This document shows positions 1 through 11,635 of a stretch of 64,000 nucleotides of DNA, in pieces. The notes beneath the pieces were generated by a model. The model had not been told where the DNA came from. It was given only the letters and a program-made list of their open reading frames with translations, and made no database searches. The stretch's first letter is position 1. Each line of letters begins with the position of its first letter. Location: the NCBI RefSeq assembly GCF_963921235.1, contig NC_086098.1:8866001-8930000 (forward strand), in the 5' to 3' direction. The position numbers and the translations under genes are program-made. This stretch comes from Mobula hypostoma. Its lineage: Eukaryota.

Positions 1-1380
1 ACAAGGCCTGCGAACAGTTCGAGCTAGCGTCGGAGGCCAGGGTCAACCGCACGAAGAGCGAAGCCATGCTCTTCGGCAACTGGCCCGACCGATCCAGCGT
101 CCCCTTCACCATCAGGTCTGACCACGCGAAGGTGTTGGGGATCTGGTTCGGAGGGGCTGAGGCGTGCAACAAGAATTGGCAGGAGCGGACTGCCAAGGTG
201 AAACAGAAACTGGGACTGTGGGGAGGGCTCTCCCTGTCAATAACGGGCAAGAACCTGGTCATCAGGTGTGAGGTGCTCTCAGGGCTGCTGTACTTGGCGC
301 AGGTCTGGCCCATCCCCAGCTCCTACAGCTCGGAAATTACCCGGGCTGTCTTCAGATTTGTCTGGGGATCCAAGATGGAGCGGGTGAGATGGACCGTCAT
401 GCACAAGTCCCTGGACACCGGGGGCAAGAATGTCCCCAATGTTGCCCTCAACCTGATGGCCAGCTTCGTATGTGGCTGCATCAGGTTGTGTGTAGAGCCC
501 AGGTATGTGGGCACCAAGTACCACTATGTGCCCAGGTTCTACTTGTCGCCCTGGCTACGAAGGATGGGTCTGGCCCCACTCCCGCGCAACGCCCCAGTCA
601 GCTGGTCGTTGCCGGCATACCTGTCCTACGTAGCAAAGTTCTTCCAGGAGAACGCCTTTGACCACAGGGCCATCAGGCAGTGGTCGGCACATAGTGTCCT
701 GCAGGCACTGCAGGAGAAGGACGTGATGGACACAGTGGGGTGGTTCCCTGAGCAGACTGTCCAGTTCATCTGGCAAAATGCCTCATCGCCAGATCTCACC
801 AACAGGCACCAAGACCTCGCCTGGCTGGCGGTGAGAGGGGCCCTCCCAGTCAGAGCCCTCCTGTACGCCTGGAACGTCGTCTCCGCACCCCACTGCCCAC
901 GAGAGGACTGCAGTGAGGAGGAGTCTGTGACCCACCTCTTTGCACACTGCCAGTTTGCAAAGAGGGTGTGGAGGAGGATGGACGGACTAGTGTCACGTTT
1001 TATCCCCAGCAGCTGCGTAACAGAGGACTCTCTGATCTACGGGCTGTTCCCGGGGACGCACACGGAAACCAAAATCAGGTGCTGCTGGCAGATCATCAAC
1101 TCGGTGAAAGATGCTCTTTGGTCGGCCCGAAACTTGATGATCTACCAGCACATGGAGATGTCCGTGGGAGAATGCTGCCGACTTGCACATTCTCGGCTGC
1201 AGGAGTACGTGCTGAGGGACGCACTGAATCTCAGTGCAGCACCGCAAGGGCCCGGTGGGGAAGGACCACAGTATAGGTTTCTCCACCCGCGGGAGTGGGA
1301 GGGGTTGGTGGGCGGGGAGTATACCCCTCAACAATGATATGCTGAGCTGAACTACTGGAGTGCCACATGGGTGGTTATAA
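1..1380 (+). mobile_element. Tx1-like (L1 clade) non-LTR retrotransposon, 3' part of ORF2 (post-RT region and C-terminal zinc finger), frameshifted near the C-terminus
   Basis: ORF 66-1337 has KVLGIWF, LSITGKNLVIR, KSLDTGG and the zinc finger CPREDC..EESVTHLFAHC. The apparent true C-terminus ARARWGRTTV* lies in another frame (stop 1274-1276). Confidence 0.85.
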
Positions 1381-1399
1381 ATACTTTTTTTATTTTCTC

Positions 1400-1724
1400 A
1401 CACAGAACTGCAGCTCACTAGATTTGTTTTTTGTTTTGTTTTTCACATCTTACTCTGTAAACTCGAGATTATTGTTTGTGAAAATCCCAAGTGCTCAGCA
1501 GTTTCTGAGATACTCAAACCACCCCTCCGGCACCAATCATTCCATGGTCAAAATCACTTAGTTCACATTTCTTCCCCAGTCCGATGTTTGATCTGAACAA
1601 CAACAGAACCTCTTGACCATATCTGCATGCTTTTATGCATCGAGTTTCTGCCACATGATTGGCTGATGAGAGATTTGCATTAATGAGCAGGTGTACAGGT
1701 GTACCTAATAAAGTGGCCACTGAG
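1400..1724 (-). mobile_element. Tc1-like DNA transposon remnant
   Basis: Terminal repeat GTACCTAATAAAGTGGCCACTGAG at ~1701-1724. The minus strand encodes decayed transposase N-terminus GKKCELSDFDHGMI. Related copies lie at 39888-40392 and 55683-56692. Confidence 0.7.
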
Positions 1725-2211
1725 CGCAGATTTATTTAGTAACATTGATAGTTACAGAAGTTAAGATTGGATTTTGTGTGATGAATTGTTCAGGTGCTCT
1801 GAAATCTGATGGCTGATTTGCCAGTAACCACAGAATGAACAACTCTCAGACTTTCCCCTCGCCCATTTCTTCAATAAAATCCTCATTCCCTCTCACACAG
1901 TCGTAGATAAACTTTGCTCTCTGCTCCTTTTCCATCTAGTATCTTGTTATTCTAATTGTTCTAACCACTCACTCCTATCTCACCCTGACCAGTGTAATCA
2001 CCAAAGAGCAAATTCTACTTGTTAAGCATTTGTTGCCAACATGGAATTTTAAGTGTGGAAAAAGAAGTCTATTTTCCTCAGTAGGCCTTTGGAAGAATTA
2101 GTAGGTGTGGGGTGATTATTTTTTATCAGTTCAATCTTACTTTATAAAAAATAAAAATGAAAACTGAACAGCAGAAGAGGTTGCACACTACCATCACTGC
2201 AGGACTTGTAT

Positions 2212-2312
2212 GATCCTGAAGAAGAGTCTCAGCCTGAAACATCGACTGTTTATTCATCTCTGTAGATGCTGCCTGACTTGCTGAGTTCCGCCAGCATTTT
2301 GTGTGTGTTGCT
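2212..2312 (+). mobile_element. Penelope-derived short repeat with degenerate hammerhead motif
   Basis: CCTGAAGAAGAGTCTCAGCCTGAAACATCGACTG...GATGCTGCCTGACTTGCTGAGTTCCGCCAGCATTTTGTGTGTGTTGC; same family as 16713-16886, 23576-23672 and 63030-63235. Confidence 0.6.
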
Positions 2313-2685
2313 TAGGATCCGTATGCATCCAGGACAAAGTGTGCACACCACCCACCCTGAGCCTTTTCCTAAAGCTTCCTTCTGGAAAGCATTACAGGGC
2401 TATTAAATCAAAAACTTCACACCATCTTTTGAAATTTTTGTTATTTTTTTTTTCTCCAACGGCGTTCTGAGAGGCGGGACTGCCCAGGCGTGTGACGTCG
2501 GGCTGTGCAGCGCGGCAGATTTAAAAGGAACAAAGCCTCATAGAGCGGGCAGTGTAGTTTGCGGGCAGCGGAGTGAGCCGGGAGCAGAGTGAAGACTTAA
2601 GGGCTTCGGCTCAACGGGCTTAGGCGGAAGTGGGCGAGGAAGGTTTGACATTCATTTTCTGTTGTTATTTGAGGAGAGGGGCAGT

Positions 2686-3621
2686 ATGAGTGTGAGGGCA
2701 GTTTGCTGTTCTCGGTGTCGGATGTGGGAGGCCCTGGAGTCTCCATGCCTCCCGGACGTCTACATCTGCGCCAAGTGCATCGAGATGCAGCTCCTAAGGG
2801 ACCACGTTACGGAACTGGAGCTGCAGCTCGATGACCTTCGTCTGGTCAGCGAGAGTGAGGAGTTGATAGAGAGGAGTGGAAGGCAGGTGGTCACACCGGG
2901 GCCACGGGAGGCAGACAAGTGGGTCACGGTTCGGAGGGGGAAGGGGAAAAGTCAGGTGATGGGGAGTACCCCGGTGGCTGTGCCCCTTAACAACAGGTAC
3001 TCCTGTTTGAGTACTGTTGGGGGGGACAGCTTACCCGGGGGAAGCGACAGTGGCCGTGCCTCCAGCACAGAGTCTGGCCCTGTAGCTCAGAAGGGTAGGG
3101 CAAGGAAGAGGAGGGCAGTTGTGATATGGGACTCGATAGTAAGGGGGTCAGATAGGCGATTCTGTGGACGCAGTCCAGACACCCGGATGGTAGTTTGCCT
3201 CCCTGGTGCCAGGGTCCAGGATATTTCTGATCGTGTCCAAGATATCCTGAAGTGGGAGGGTGAGGAGCCAGAGGTCGTGGTACATATAGGTACCAATGAC
3301 ATAGGTAGGAAAAGGGATGAGGTCCTGAAAGGAGAATATAGGGAGCTAGGAAAGGAGTTGAGAAAAAGGACTGCAAAGGGAGTAATCTCAGGATTACTGC
3401 CTGTGCCACGCGACAGTGAGAGCAGGAATGCGATGAGGTGGAGGATAAATGCGTGGCTGAGGGATTGGAGCAGGGGGCAGGGATTCAAGTTTTTGGATCA
3501 TTGGGACCTCTTTTGGCGCAGGCGTGACCTGTACAAAAAGGATGGGTTACACTTGAATCCTAGGGGGACCAATATCCTGGCAGGGAGATTAGCGGGGGCT
3601 ACTGAGATGACTTTAAACTAG
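2686..3621 (+). CDS. CR1 ORF1p: zinc finger/leucine zipper and SGNH-type esterase domain
   Basis: Open from ATG 2686. CSRC...CAKC, heptad LRDHVTELELQLDDL, and SGNH blocks (G>W)DSIVRG, CLPGA, HIGTND, DGLHL. The GDS glycine is mutated to W in this copy and is GDS in the 38-kb copy. Confidence 0.85.
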   Translation: MSVRAVCCSRCRMWEALESPCLPDVYICAKCIEMQLLRDHVTELELQLDDLRLVSESEELIERSGRQVVTPGPREADKWVTVRRGKGKSQVMGSTPVAVPLNNRYSCLSTVGGDSLPGGSDSGRASSTESGPVAQKGRARKRRAVVIWDSIVRGSDRRFCGRSPDTRMVVCLPGARVQDISDRVQDILKWEGEEPEVVVHIGTNDIGRKRDEVLKGEYRELGKELRKRTAKGVISGLLPVPRDSESRNAMRWRINAWLRDWSRGQGFKFLDHWDLFWRRRDLYKKDGLHLNPRGTNILAGRLAGATEMTLN

Positions 3622-6600
3622 AATGGTTGGGGGGTGGGAATCAAATTAAAGAGGCTAGGCGTGAGGAGGTTAATTCACAACAGAGGGATGGGAACCAGTG
3701 CAGAGAGACAGAGGGGTGTAAAGTGAGTGTAGAAGCAAAAAGTACAAAGGAGAAAAGTAAAAGTGGCAGGCCGACAAATCCAGGGCAAGAATTAAAAAGG
3801 GTCACTTTTCAACATAATTGTATAAGGGCTAAGAGAGTTTAAAAGAGCGCCTGAAGGCTTTGTGTGTCAATGCAAGGAGCATTCGTAATAAGGTGGATGA
3901 ATTGAAAGTGCAGATTGTTATTAATGATTATGATATAGTTGGGATCACAGAGACATGGCTCCAGGGTGACCAGGGATGGGAGCACAACGTTCAGGGATAT
4001 TCAATATTCAGGAGGGATAGACATGAAGGAAGGGGAGGTGGGGTGGCGTTGCTGGTTAAAGAAGAGATTAACGCAATAGAAAGGAAAGACATAAGCCGGG
4101 AAGATGTGGAATCGATATGGGTAGAGCTGCGTAACACTAAGGGGCAGAAGACGCTGGTGGGAGTTGTGTACAGGCCACCTTAACAGTAGTAGTGAGGTCG
4201 GAGATGGTATTAAACAGGAAATTAGAAATGTGTGCAATAAAGGAACAGCAGTTATAATGGGTGACTTCAATCTACATGTAGACTGGGTGAACCAAATTGG
4301 TAAAGGTGCTGAGGAAGAGGATTTCTTGGAATGTATGCGGGATGGTTTTTTGAACCAACATGTCGAGGAACCAACTAGAGAGCAGGCTATTCTGGACTGG
4401 GTTTTGAGCAATGAGGAAGGGTTAATTAGCGATCTTGTCGTAAGAGGCCCCTTGGGTAAGAGTGACCATAATATGGTGGAATTCTTCATTAAGATGGAGA
4501 GTGACATAGTTAATTCAGAAACAAAGGTTCTGAACTTAAAGAGGGGTAACTTTGAAGGTATGAGACGTGAATTAGCTAAGATAGACTGCCAAATGACACT
4601 TAAAGGATTGACGGTGGATATGCAATGGCAAGCATTTAAAGGTTGCATGGATGAACTGCAACAATTGTTCATCCCAGTTTGGCAAAAGAATAAATCAAGG
4701 AAGGTAGTGCACCCGTGGCTGACAAGAGAAATTAGGGATAGTATCAATTCCAAAGAAGAAGCATACAAATTAGCCAGAGAAAGTGGCTCACCTGAGGACT
4801 GGGAGAAATTCAGAGTTCAGCAGAGGAGGACAAAGGGCTTAATTAGGAAGGGGAAAAAAGATTATGAGAGAAAACTGGCAGGGAACATAAAAACGGACTG
4901 TAAAAGCTTTTATAGATAGGTAAAAAGGAAAAGACTGGTAAAGACAAATGTAGGTCCCCTGCAGACAGAAACAGGTGAATTGATTATGGGGAGCAAGGAC
5001 ATGGCAGACCAATTGAATAATTACTTTGGTTCTGTCTTCACTAAGGAGGACATAAATAATCTTCCAGAAATAGTAAGAGACAGAGGGTCCAGTGAGATGG
5101 AGGAACTGAGTGAAATACAAGTTAATAGGGAAGTGGTGTTAGGTAAATTGAAGGGATTGAAGGCAGATAAATCCCCAGGGCCAGATGGTCTGCATCCTAG
5201 AGTGCTTAAGGAAGTAGCCCAAGAAATAGTGGATGCATTAGTGATAATTTTTCAAAACTCGTTAGATTCTGGACTAGTTCCTGAGGATTGGAGGGTGGCT
5301 AAAGTAACCCCACTTTTTAAAAAAGGAGGGAGAGAGAAACCGGGGAATTATAGACCGGTTAGCCTAACGTCGGTGGTGGGGAAACTGCTGGAGTCAGTTA
5401 TCAAGGATGTGATAACAGCACATTTGGAAAGCGGTGAAATGATCGGACAAAGTCAGCATGGATTTGTGAAAGGAAAATCATGTCTGACGAATCTCATAGA
5501 ATTTTTTGAGGATGTAACTAGTAGAGTGGATAGGGGAGAACCAGTGGATGTGGCATATTTGGATTTTCAAAAGGCTTTTGACAAGGTCCCACACAGGAGA
5601 TTAGTGTGCAAACTTAAAGCACACGGTATTGGGGGTAAGGTATTGGTGTGGGTGGAGAATTGGTTAGCAGACAGGAAGCAAAGAGTGGGAATAAACGGGA
5701 CCTTTTCAGAATGGCAGGCGGTGACTAGTGGGGTACCGCAAGGCTCAGTGCTGGGACCCCAGTTGTTTACAATATATATTAATGACTTGGATGAGGGAAA
5801 TAAATGCAGCATCTCCAAGTTTGCGGATGACACGAAGCTGGGTGGCAGTGTTAGCAGTGAGGAGGATGCTAAGAGGATGCAGGGTGACTTGGATAGGTTG
5901 GGTGAGTGGGCAAATTCATGGCAGATGCAATTTAATGTGGATAAATGTGAACTTATCCACTTTGGTGGCAAAAATAGGGAAACAGATTATTATCTGAATG
6001 GTGGCCAATTAGGAAAAGGGGAGATGCAACAAGACCTGGGTGTCATTATACACCAGTCATTGAAAGTGGGCATGCAGGTACAGCAGGCGGTGAAAAAGGC
6101 GAATGGTATGCTGGCATTTATAGCGAGAGGATTCGAGTACAGGAGCAGGGAGGTACTACTGCAGTTGTACAAGGCCTTGGTGAGACCACACCTGGAGTAT
6201 TGTGTGCAGTTTTGGTCCCCTAATCTGAGGAAAGACATCTTTGCCATAGAGGGAGTACAAAGAAGGTTCACCAGATTGATTCCTGGGATGGCAGGACTTT
6301 CATATGAAGAAAGACTGGGTGAACTAGACTTGTACTCGTTGGAATTTAGAAGATTGAGGGGGGGATCTGATTGAAATGTATAAGATCCTAAAGGGATTGG
6401 ACAGGCTAGATGCAAGAAGATTGTTTCCGATGTTGGGGAAGTCCAGAACGAGGGGTCACAGTTTGAGGATAGAGGGGAAGCCTTTTAGGACCGAGATTAG
6501 GAAAAACTTCTTCACACAGAGTGGTGAATCTGAGGAATTCTCTGCCACAGGAAACAGTTGAGGCCAGTTCATTGGCTATATTTAAGAGGGAGTTAGATAT

Positions 6601-6658
6601 GGCCCTTGTGGCTAAAGGGATCAGGGGGTATGGAGGGAAGGCTGGGGCGGGGTTCTGA
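3612..6658 (+). pseudogene. CR1 ORF2 (APE endonuclease plus reverse transcriptase), disrupted
   Basis: Motifs [62 protein letters not shown]. Frameshifts near 3840, 4180 and 6360, and a TAG at 4917-4919. Confidence 0.92.
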
Positions 6659-7149
6659 GTTGGATGATCAGCCATGATCATAATAAATGGCGGTGCAGGC
6701 TCGAAGGGCCGAATGGCCTACTCCTGCACCTATTTTCTATGTTTCTATGTTTCTATCTTGAAAGTTTCTTTCCCACGGTAGTTAATCTGATCAACCATTC
6801 TATTTAGCCCCCCCCCACCAACCACCTCTATCTATTACCCCATCACTGCCCTGTAAAACCTTTAAACCACTTTTTATAAAACTGATTGCATTGTAAGAAC
6901 ATGCTGGTATTTATGTACACTTTATTCCATATCCGCACTTTAACCCTCAAGTTCATTTATTATATAATTCGGTGTACTTCAACAACATTGTTGAATGTTG
7001 ATTTTTCTTGCATGCCATGCCCTGAGCAACACACCACGGCAAATTCCCCCTGCTGTACATGAAAAAAGTACAGGCATATGGAGAATGAAAGTTGATATGA
7101 GATTCTTTACAGTTCTTGGTGTGTGTGAGAACACTGGTATACTGGGACT

Positions 7150-8345
7150 CAATAGGACTTCTAATGCTACTTGGGACAGGTTAAACTAGTTTTGCAGGGG
7201 GCTGGGAACCACAGCCCCAGGTCATTAAGGGAAGGATCAGACCAGAAGATAGATGTCAGGGAAAGTATTGAAAGGCAAAATCGAAAAAACAGGTATGTTA
7301 AGTCGGATTGGGGAAGATTATTATTATGGGGAAGATTCAAACAAGAGGGCATGGTTTGAGAATTAGAGGACAAAAGTTTAGGGGTAACATGAGGGGGAAC
7401 TTCTTTACTCAGAGAGTGGTAGCTGTGTGGAACGAGCTTCCAGCAGAAGTGGTTGAGGCAGGTTCGATGTTGTCGTTTAAAGTTAAATTGGATAGGTATA
7501 TGGACAGGAAAGGAATGGAGGGTTATGGGCTGAGTGCAGGTCGGTGGGAATACGATAGGGTAAGGGTTCGGCACGGTCTAGAAGGGCTGGGATGGCCTGT
7601 CTCCGTGCTGTAATTGTTATATGGTTATATATATGGTTATATGGATAGATTGAAGTATGTATATTTTAATGCTAGGAGCATTATGGGCAAGGGTGATGAA
7701 TTTAGAGCACTGATCAGTACATGGAACAACAATGTTCTCCATCACAGAAACTTGGTTGAGAAAGGGGCAGGAAAGGGTGATTAATATACCAGCTTTTCAA
7801 AGTGCTAGAAAAGATAGAGAAGGAGGTAAAAGTGAGGAGAGAGTTGCACTACTAATCAGGGACAATATCAGAGCTGCACTCAGGAGAGATATCATGGAGG
7901 GGTCACACACTGAGCCCGTTTGGGTAGAACTCGGGAACGGGAAGGGTGAATCACACTGATGGGATTGTACTACAGACCCCCTAATAGCCACCGGAACATT
8001 GAGGAACAGATATGTAATCAGATTAAGGAAATGTGTAAAAATAATTGGGTTGTTGTCATGGGGTATTTCAACTTCTTAGTGCAAGGGGTTTAGATGGGAC
8101 AGAATTTGTTAAGTGTATCCAGGAAGGTTTTTTTAAATGAATATGTGAACAGTCCAGGAGAGAAGGGGCTGTACTAGACCCAGTGTTGAGTAATGAGCCT
8201 GGCCAGGTGACTGACCTTTCAGTGGGTGAACAGTTAGGGAACGGTGACCATAATTTCTTAATTTGCAGGATAGCTGTAGATAAGGATAGGTATGGTCCTT
8301 GTGGGAGAGTTTTACATTAGAGTAGGTCAAATTACGAGGGTATTA
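7150..8345 (+). mobile_element. Old CR1 fragment (ORF1 end plus endonuclease) interrupted by a CR1 3' end (7310-7645)
   Basis: SITETWL and WVELGN motifs. The inserted piece encodes TRGHGLRI...RGNFFTQRVV and ends in an (ATGGTTAT)n tail. Confidence 0.75.
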
Positions 8346-8716
8346 GAACATAGAACATAGAAAATTACAGCACATTACAGGCCCTTCAGCCCACAATGTT
8401 GTGCCGACCATGTAACCTACTCTAGAAACTGTCTAGAATTTCCCTAGCACATAGCCCTCTATTTTTTTTTAAGTTCTATGTACTTATGTAAGAGGCTCTT
8501 AAAAGACCCTATTGTATCTGCTTCCATCTCCGCCGCTGGCAGTGCATTCCACCCACTCACCACTGTGTGGAAAAACTAATCCCTGACATCCCCTCTGTAC
8601 CTATTTCCAAGCACCTTAAAACTATGCCCCCTTGTGTTAGCTATTTCAGCCCTGGGAAAAAGCCTCTGACTATCCACATGATCTATGCCCCTCATCATCT
8701 TATACACCTCTATCAG
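8346..8716 (-). mobile_element. CR1 3' end fragment
   Basis: (ATAGAAC)n tail at ~8346-8360 and reverse-complement CR1 3' terminal sequence. Confidence 0.7.
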
Positions 8717-8882
8717 ATCATGCTTGCTGTCAAATCAAGTAGAAAAAAAGCTCAGCACGTGTTCTTTGAAAGGGAAGATATGATCAAGTTATAAAAAAGG
8801 CAGAAAATGGAAAATTCATGGGTTCATAACCAGTGAGTACTGGGTGATAATAATCATTAAAAAGCAGACATGGCTGGCTATA

Positions 8883-9300
8883 TAGAGTCATAGAAAATTA
8901 CAGCACAGAAGCAGGCCCTTCAGTCCATCTAGTCCATGCCAGCCCATTTAACTGCCTATTCCCATTGACCTCCACTGGGACCATACTCCTCCATACCCCA
9001 ATCATCCATGCATCTATCCAAACTTCCCTTAAATGTTGCAATCAAGCTCAAGTGCCCCACTTGTGCTGGCACCTCATTCCACACTCTCATGACCCTCTGC
9101 ATGAAGAAGTTTCCCCTCATCTTCCCCTGAAACTTTTCACCTTTCACTCTTAACCTACGACCTTTGGTAGTAGTCCCACCCAACCTCAGTGGAAAAAGCC
9201 TGCTTGCATTTACCCTATCTATACCCCTCATAATTTTGTATACTTCTATCAAATCTCCTCTTAATCATCTATGTTCCAAGGAATAAAGTCCTTTCATCAA
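8883..9300 (-). mobile_element. CR1 3' fragment inserted in Gypsy gag
   Basis: ORF 8956-9252 (-): IEVYKIMRGIDRV...RGNFFMQRV..WNEVP. Confidence 0.8.
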
Positions 9301-9843
9301 ATAAAATCTTTCATCAGAACAGATAACTCAACAGATAAATGGATTTTATCTCCTGAGCAGATTGAGCAGTTTTTTAAAGCAAATAGATTAGCCAATGAGA
9401 AAAAGCAAGGGCCAATTTTGCTGAGTGCATTAGATTTAAATTACAACATCAAAACAGAAACCGGCCTGGTCAAACACATTGTGTTTTCATTGTGGCAGGG
9501 GCTCACAGACCAATGCAAGTCTAAAGGTGAAACTTGCAGAAAATGCCACAAAGTAGGGCACGTACAGGAACATGTCAGGCGGATAAAAATAAATAGACTG
9601 TACAGGGAAGAGAAAAAGCTAAAAAGTCAAGCTGCAGTTTAACACGAGAACTAATCGGCATGCTGTTGATGAAAAATCTGATAAAGATAAGAGTGACGCA
9701 GGACTGATTAGCCTTGAGGTGTTCAATGTGAAAGCAAACGATAGACAAGTAATATGGCTTATACCAGAAGTGAACAGCAAATTGATTAAAATGGAGTTGG
9801 ACACTGCCTCAGCTGTTTCAGTCATTCCACAAAATGAGTTTGA

Positions 9844-10439
9844 CCATAAGACAAAGGAGAAGTCGGCCATTTGGCCCATCAAGTCTGCTCCGCCATTTTA
9901 TCATGAGCTGATCCATTCTCCTACTTAGTCCCACTCCCCCGCCTTCTCAACATAACCTTTGATGCCCTGGCTACTCAGATACCTATCAATCTCTGCCTTA
10001 AATACACCCAATGACTTGGCCTCCACTGCTGCCCGTGGCAACAAATTCCATAGATTCACCACCCTCTGACTAAAAAAATTTCTTCGCATTACCCGTTCTG
10101 AATGGGCGCCCTTCAATCCTTAAGTCATGCCCTCTCGTCCTAGACTCCTCCATCATGGGAAACAACTTTGCCACATCCACTCTGTCCATGCCTTTCAACA
10201 TTCAAAATGTTTCTATAAGGTCTCTCCTCATTCTTCTAAACTCCAAGGAATAGTCCAAGAGTGGACAAACGTTCCTCATATGTTAATCTCATTCCTGGAA
10301 TCATTCTAGTGAATCTTCTCTGTACCCTCTCCAACGTCAGCACATCCTTTCTTAAATAAGGAGACCAAAACTGCCCACAGTACTCCAAGTGAGGTCTCAC
10401 CAGCGCCTCATAGAGCCTCAACGTCCCATCCCTGCTCCT
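9844..10439 (-). mobile_element. CR1 3' fragment inserted in Gypsy protease
   Basis: LVRPHLEYCGQFWSP and RRNFFSQRVVNLWN; flanked by GTTTGA duplication (9838-9843 / 10440-10445). Confidence 0.85.
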
Positions 10440-10967
10440 GTTTGAGTAGCATTTTAAAGGTATTGAACTGACTCCTGCAATTATCCAACTAAGAGTTAAT
10501 ACTGGAGAAAACATAACTGCTGTGGGAATGACATTTGTTACAGTGAAATGCAACAACCAACAAGATACATAAGACCATAAGATATAGAAGCAGTATTAGG
10601 CCATTTGGCCCATCAAGTCTGCCTCTCTATTTCATCATGGCTGATCCATTTTCCCTCCGAGCCCTGATCTTCTGCCTTCTCCCCGTATCCCTTCACGCCC
10701 TGACCAATCAAGAATCTATCAACCTATGCCTTAAATTCATTGGGCTTGTATGTGGTTTAAAAAAAACAACAGGAAGGGCAGCATTGTGGGGTCATGAGAG
10801 GCTGAGCCAACTACAACTTGACTGGAGATCCAGCCACTATTTGCATGCCACGTCCCCTGCAATGAAGCCATATGACAGTGAATTAAGAAAGGTACTGGAT
10901 GTTGCCACAACTTGGCTCAGCCTCATGACCCCACAATGCTGTCCTTCCCGTTACTTTTTTTAAACCA

Positions 10968-11635
10968 CCAATGCACATCATGAACCGTTGCCCAACAGAA
11001 GGCAAACAGGTGCTGGTGTCATCCCCTGTTTCTCTGGTTGGGAAGCATATCGGACAAAGGAAGGACCATGCTGCTCAGAGGAATCGTGAAAGTGATTAAG
11101 GTAGTCATCAGACTACAACAGTTTTTGTAGGCAATATATCCACGAAAACTTCTGATATGTTAATCAGGCAGCTTCTTGCAAAACGTGGCGTGGTCTTAAG
11201 CTGGAAGAGAGCTCAAGGAGCTTCAGGAAAGTTGCAAACGTTCATCTTTTGTGCATATAAAGAGCCAGAATCTACTCCGCATGCATTAAGGCTGCTGCAT
11301 GAACTTCAAGTGAGGGGCAAAAAGTTGCTTGTAAAAGTAGATGCAAAGACCAAAGCCCAGCTGGATGAATGGAAGGCCAAAAAGAAAGGAGTCAATGGAG
11401 ATACAAAAACAGAGGATTCGTCAGATGTTGTTGTGGATGGGAAAACCAATAGGACAGATGAGATCATAAAGGGAGCGAGAGAATACACCAGGGAACTAAA
11501 TGTCCCTTTCCAAGATCAAGATGCATAAACTAGAGTGAAGTAAAAGACCAAGAATGAGAGAAAGAAGATGGGACTGGGAGAGAAACAAGGATTGAAGTAG
11601 ATCCAGAGAGAAAAGCTGAGAAAAGGAGAAGAAAG
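10968..11635 (+). pseudogene. RBM25: Processed (intronless) partial pseudogene of RBM25 (RRM plus part of the RE/RD-rich region)
   Basis: Translation VSLVGKHIGQRKDH...TTTVFVGNISTKTSDMLIRQLLAKRGVVLSWKRAQGASGKLQTFIFCAYKEPESTPHALRLLHELQVRGKKLLVKVDAKTKAQLDEWKAKKK matches the vertebrate RBM25 N-terminus as I recall it. ERNKD*SRSREKS follows at ~11578-11616. In-frame stops at 11097 and 11526; no introns. Confidence 0.9.

Larger units (their letters stand above)
2454..6756 (+). mobile_element. Near full-length CR1 LINE (young subfamily)
   Basis: GC-rich 5' UTR, ORF1 (zinc finger/leucine zipper plus esterase), ORF2 (APE endonuclease plus RT), 3' tail (TTTCTATG)n at ~6733-6756. Confidence 0.95.

Noticed and set aside
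4001..6415. Long antisense ORFs over CR1 ORF2 (also 35162-35851, 37331-37846 and others)
   Set aside because: Shadow ORFs of the RT/endonuclease frame; they recur only because the element is repeated.
11157..11528. Functional RBM25 gene or exon
   Set aside because: In-frame stops on both sides, substitutions in the RRM (AFGFCEY > TFIFCAY), no introns, and embedded in a retrotransposon.
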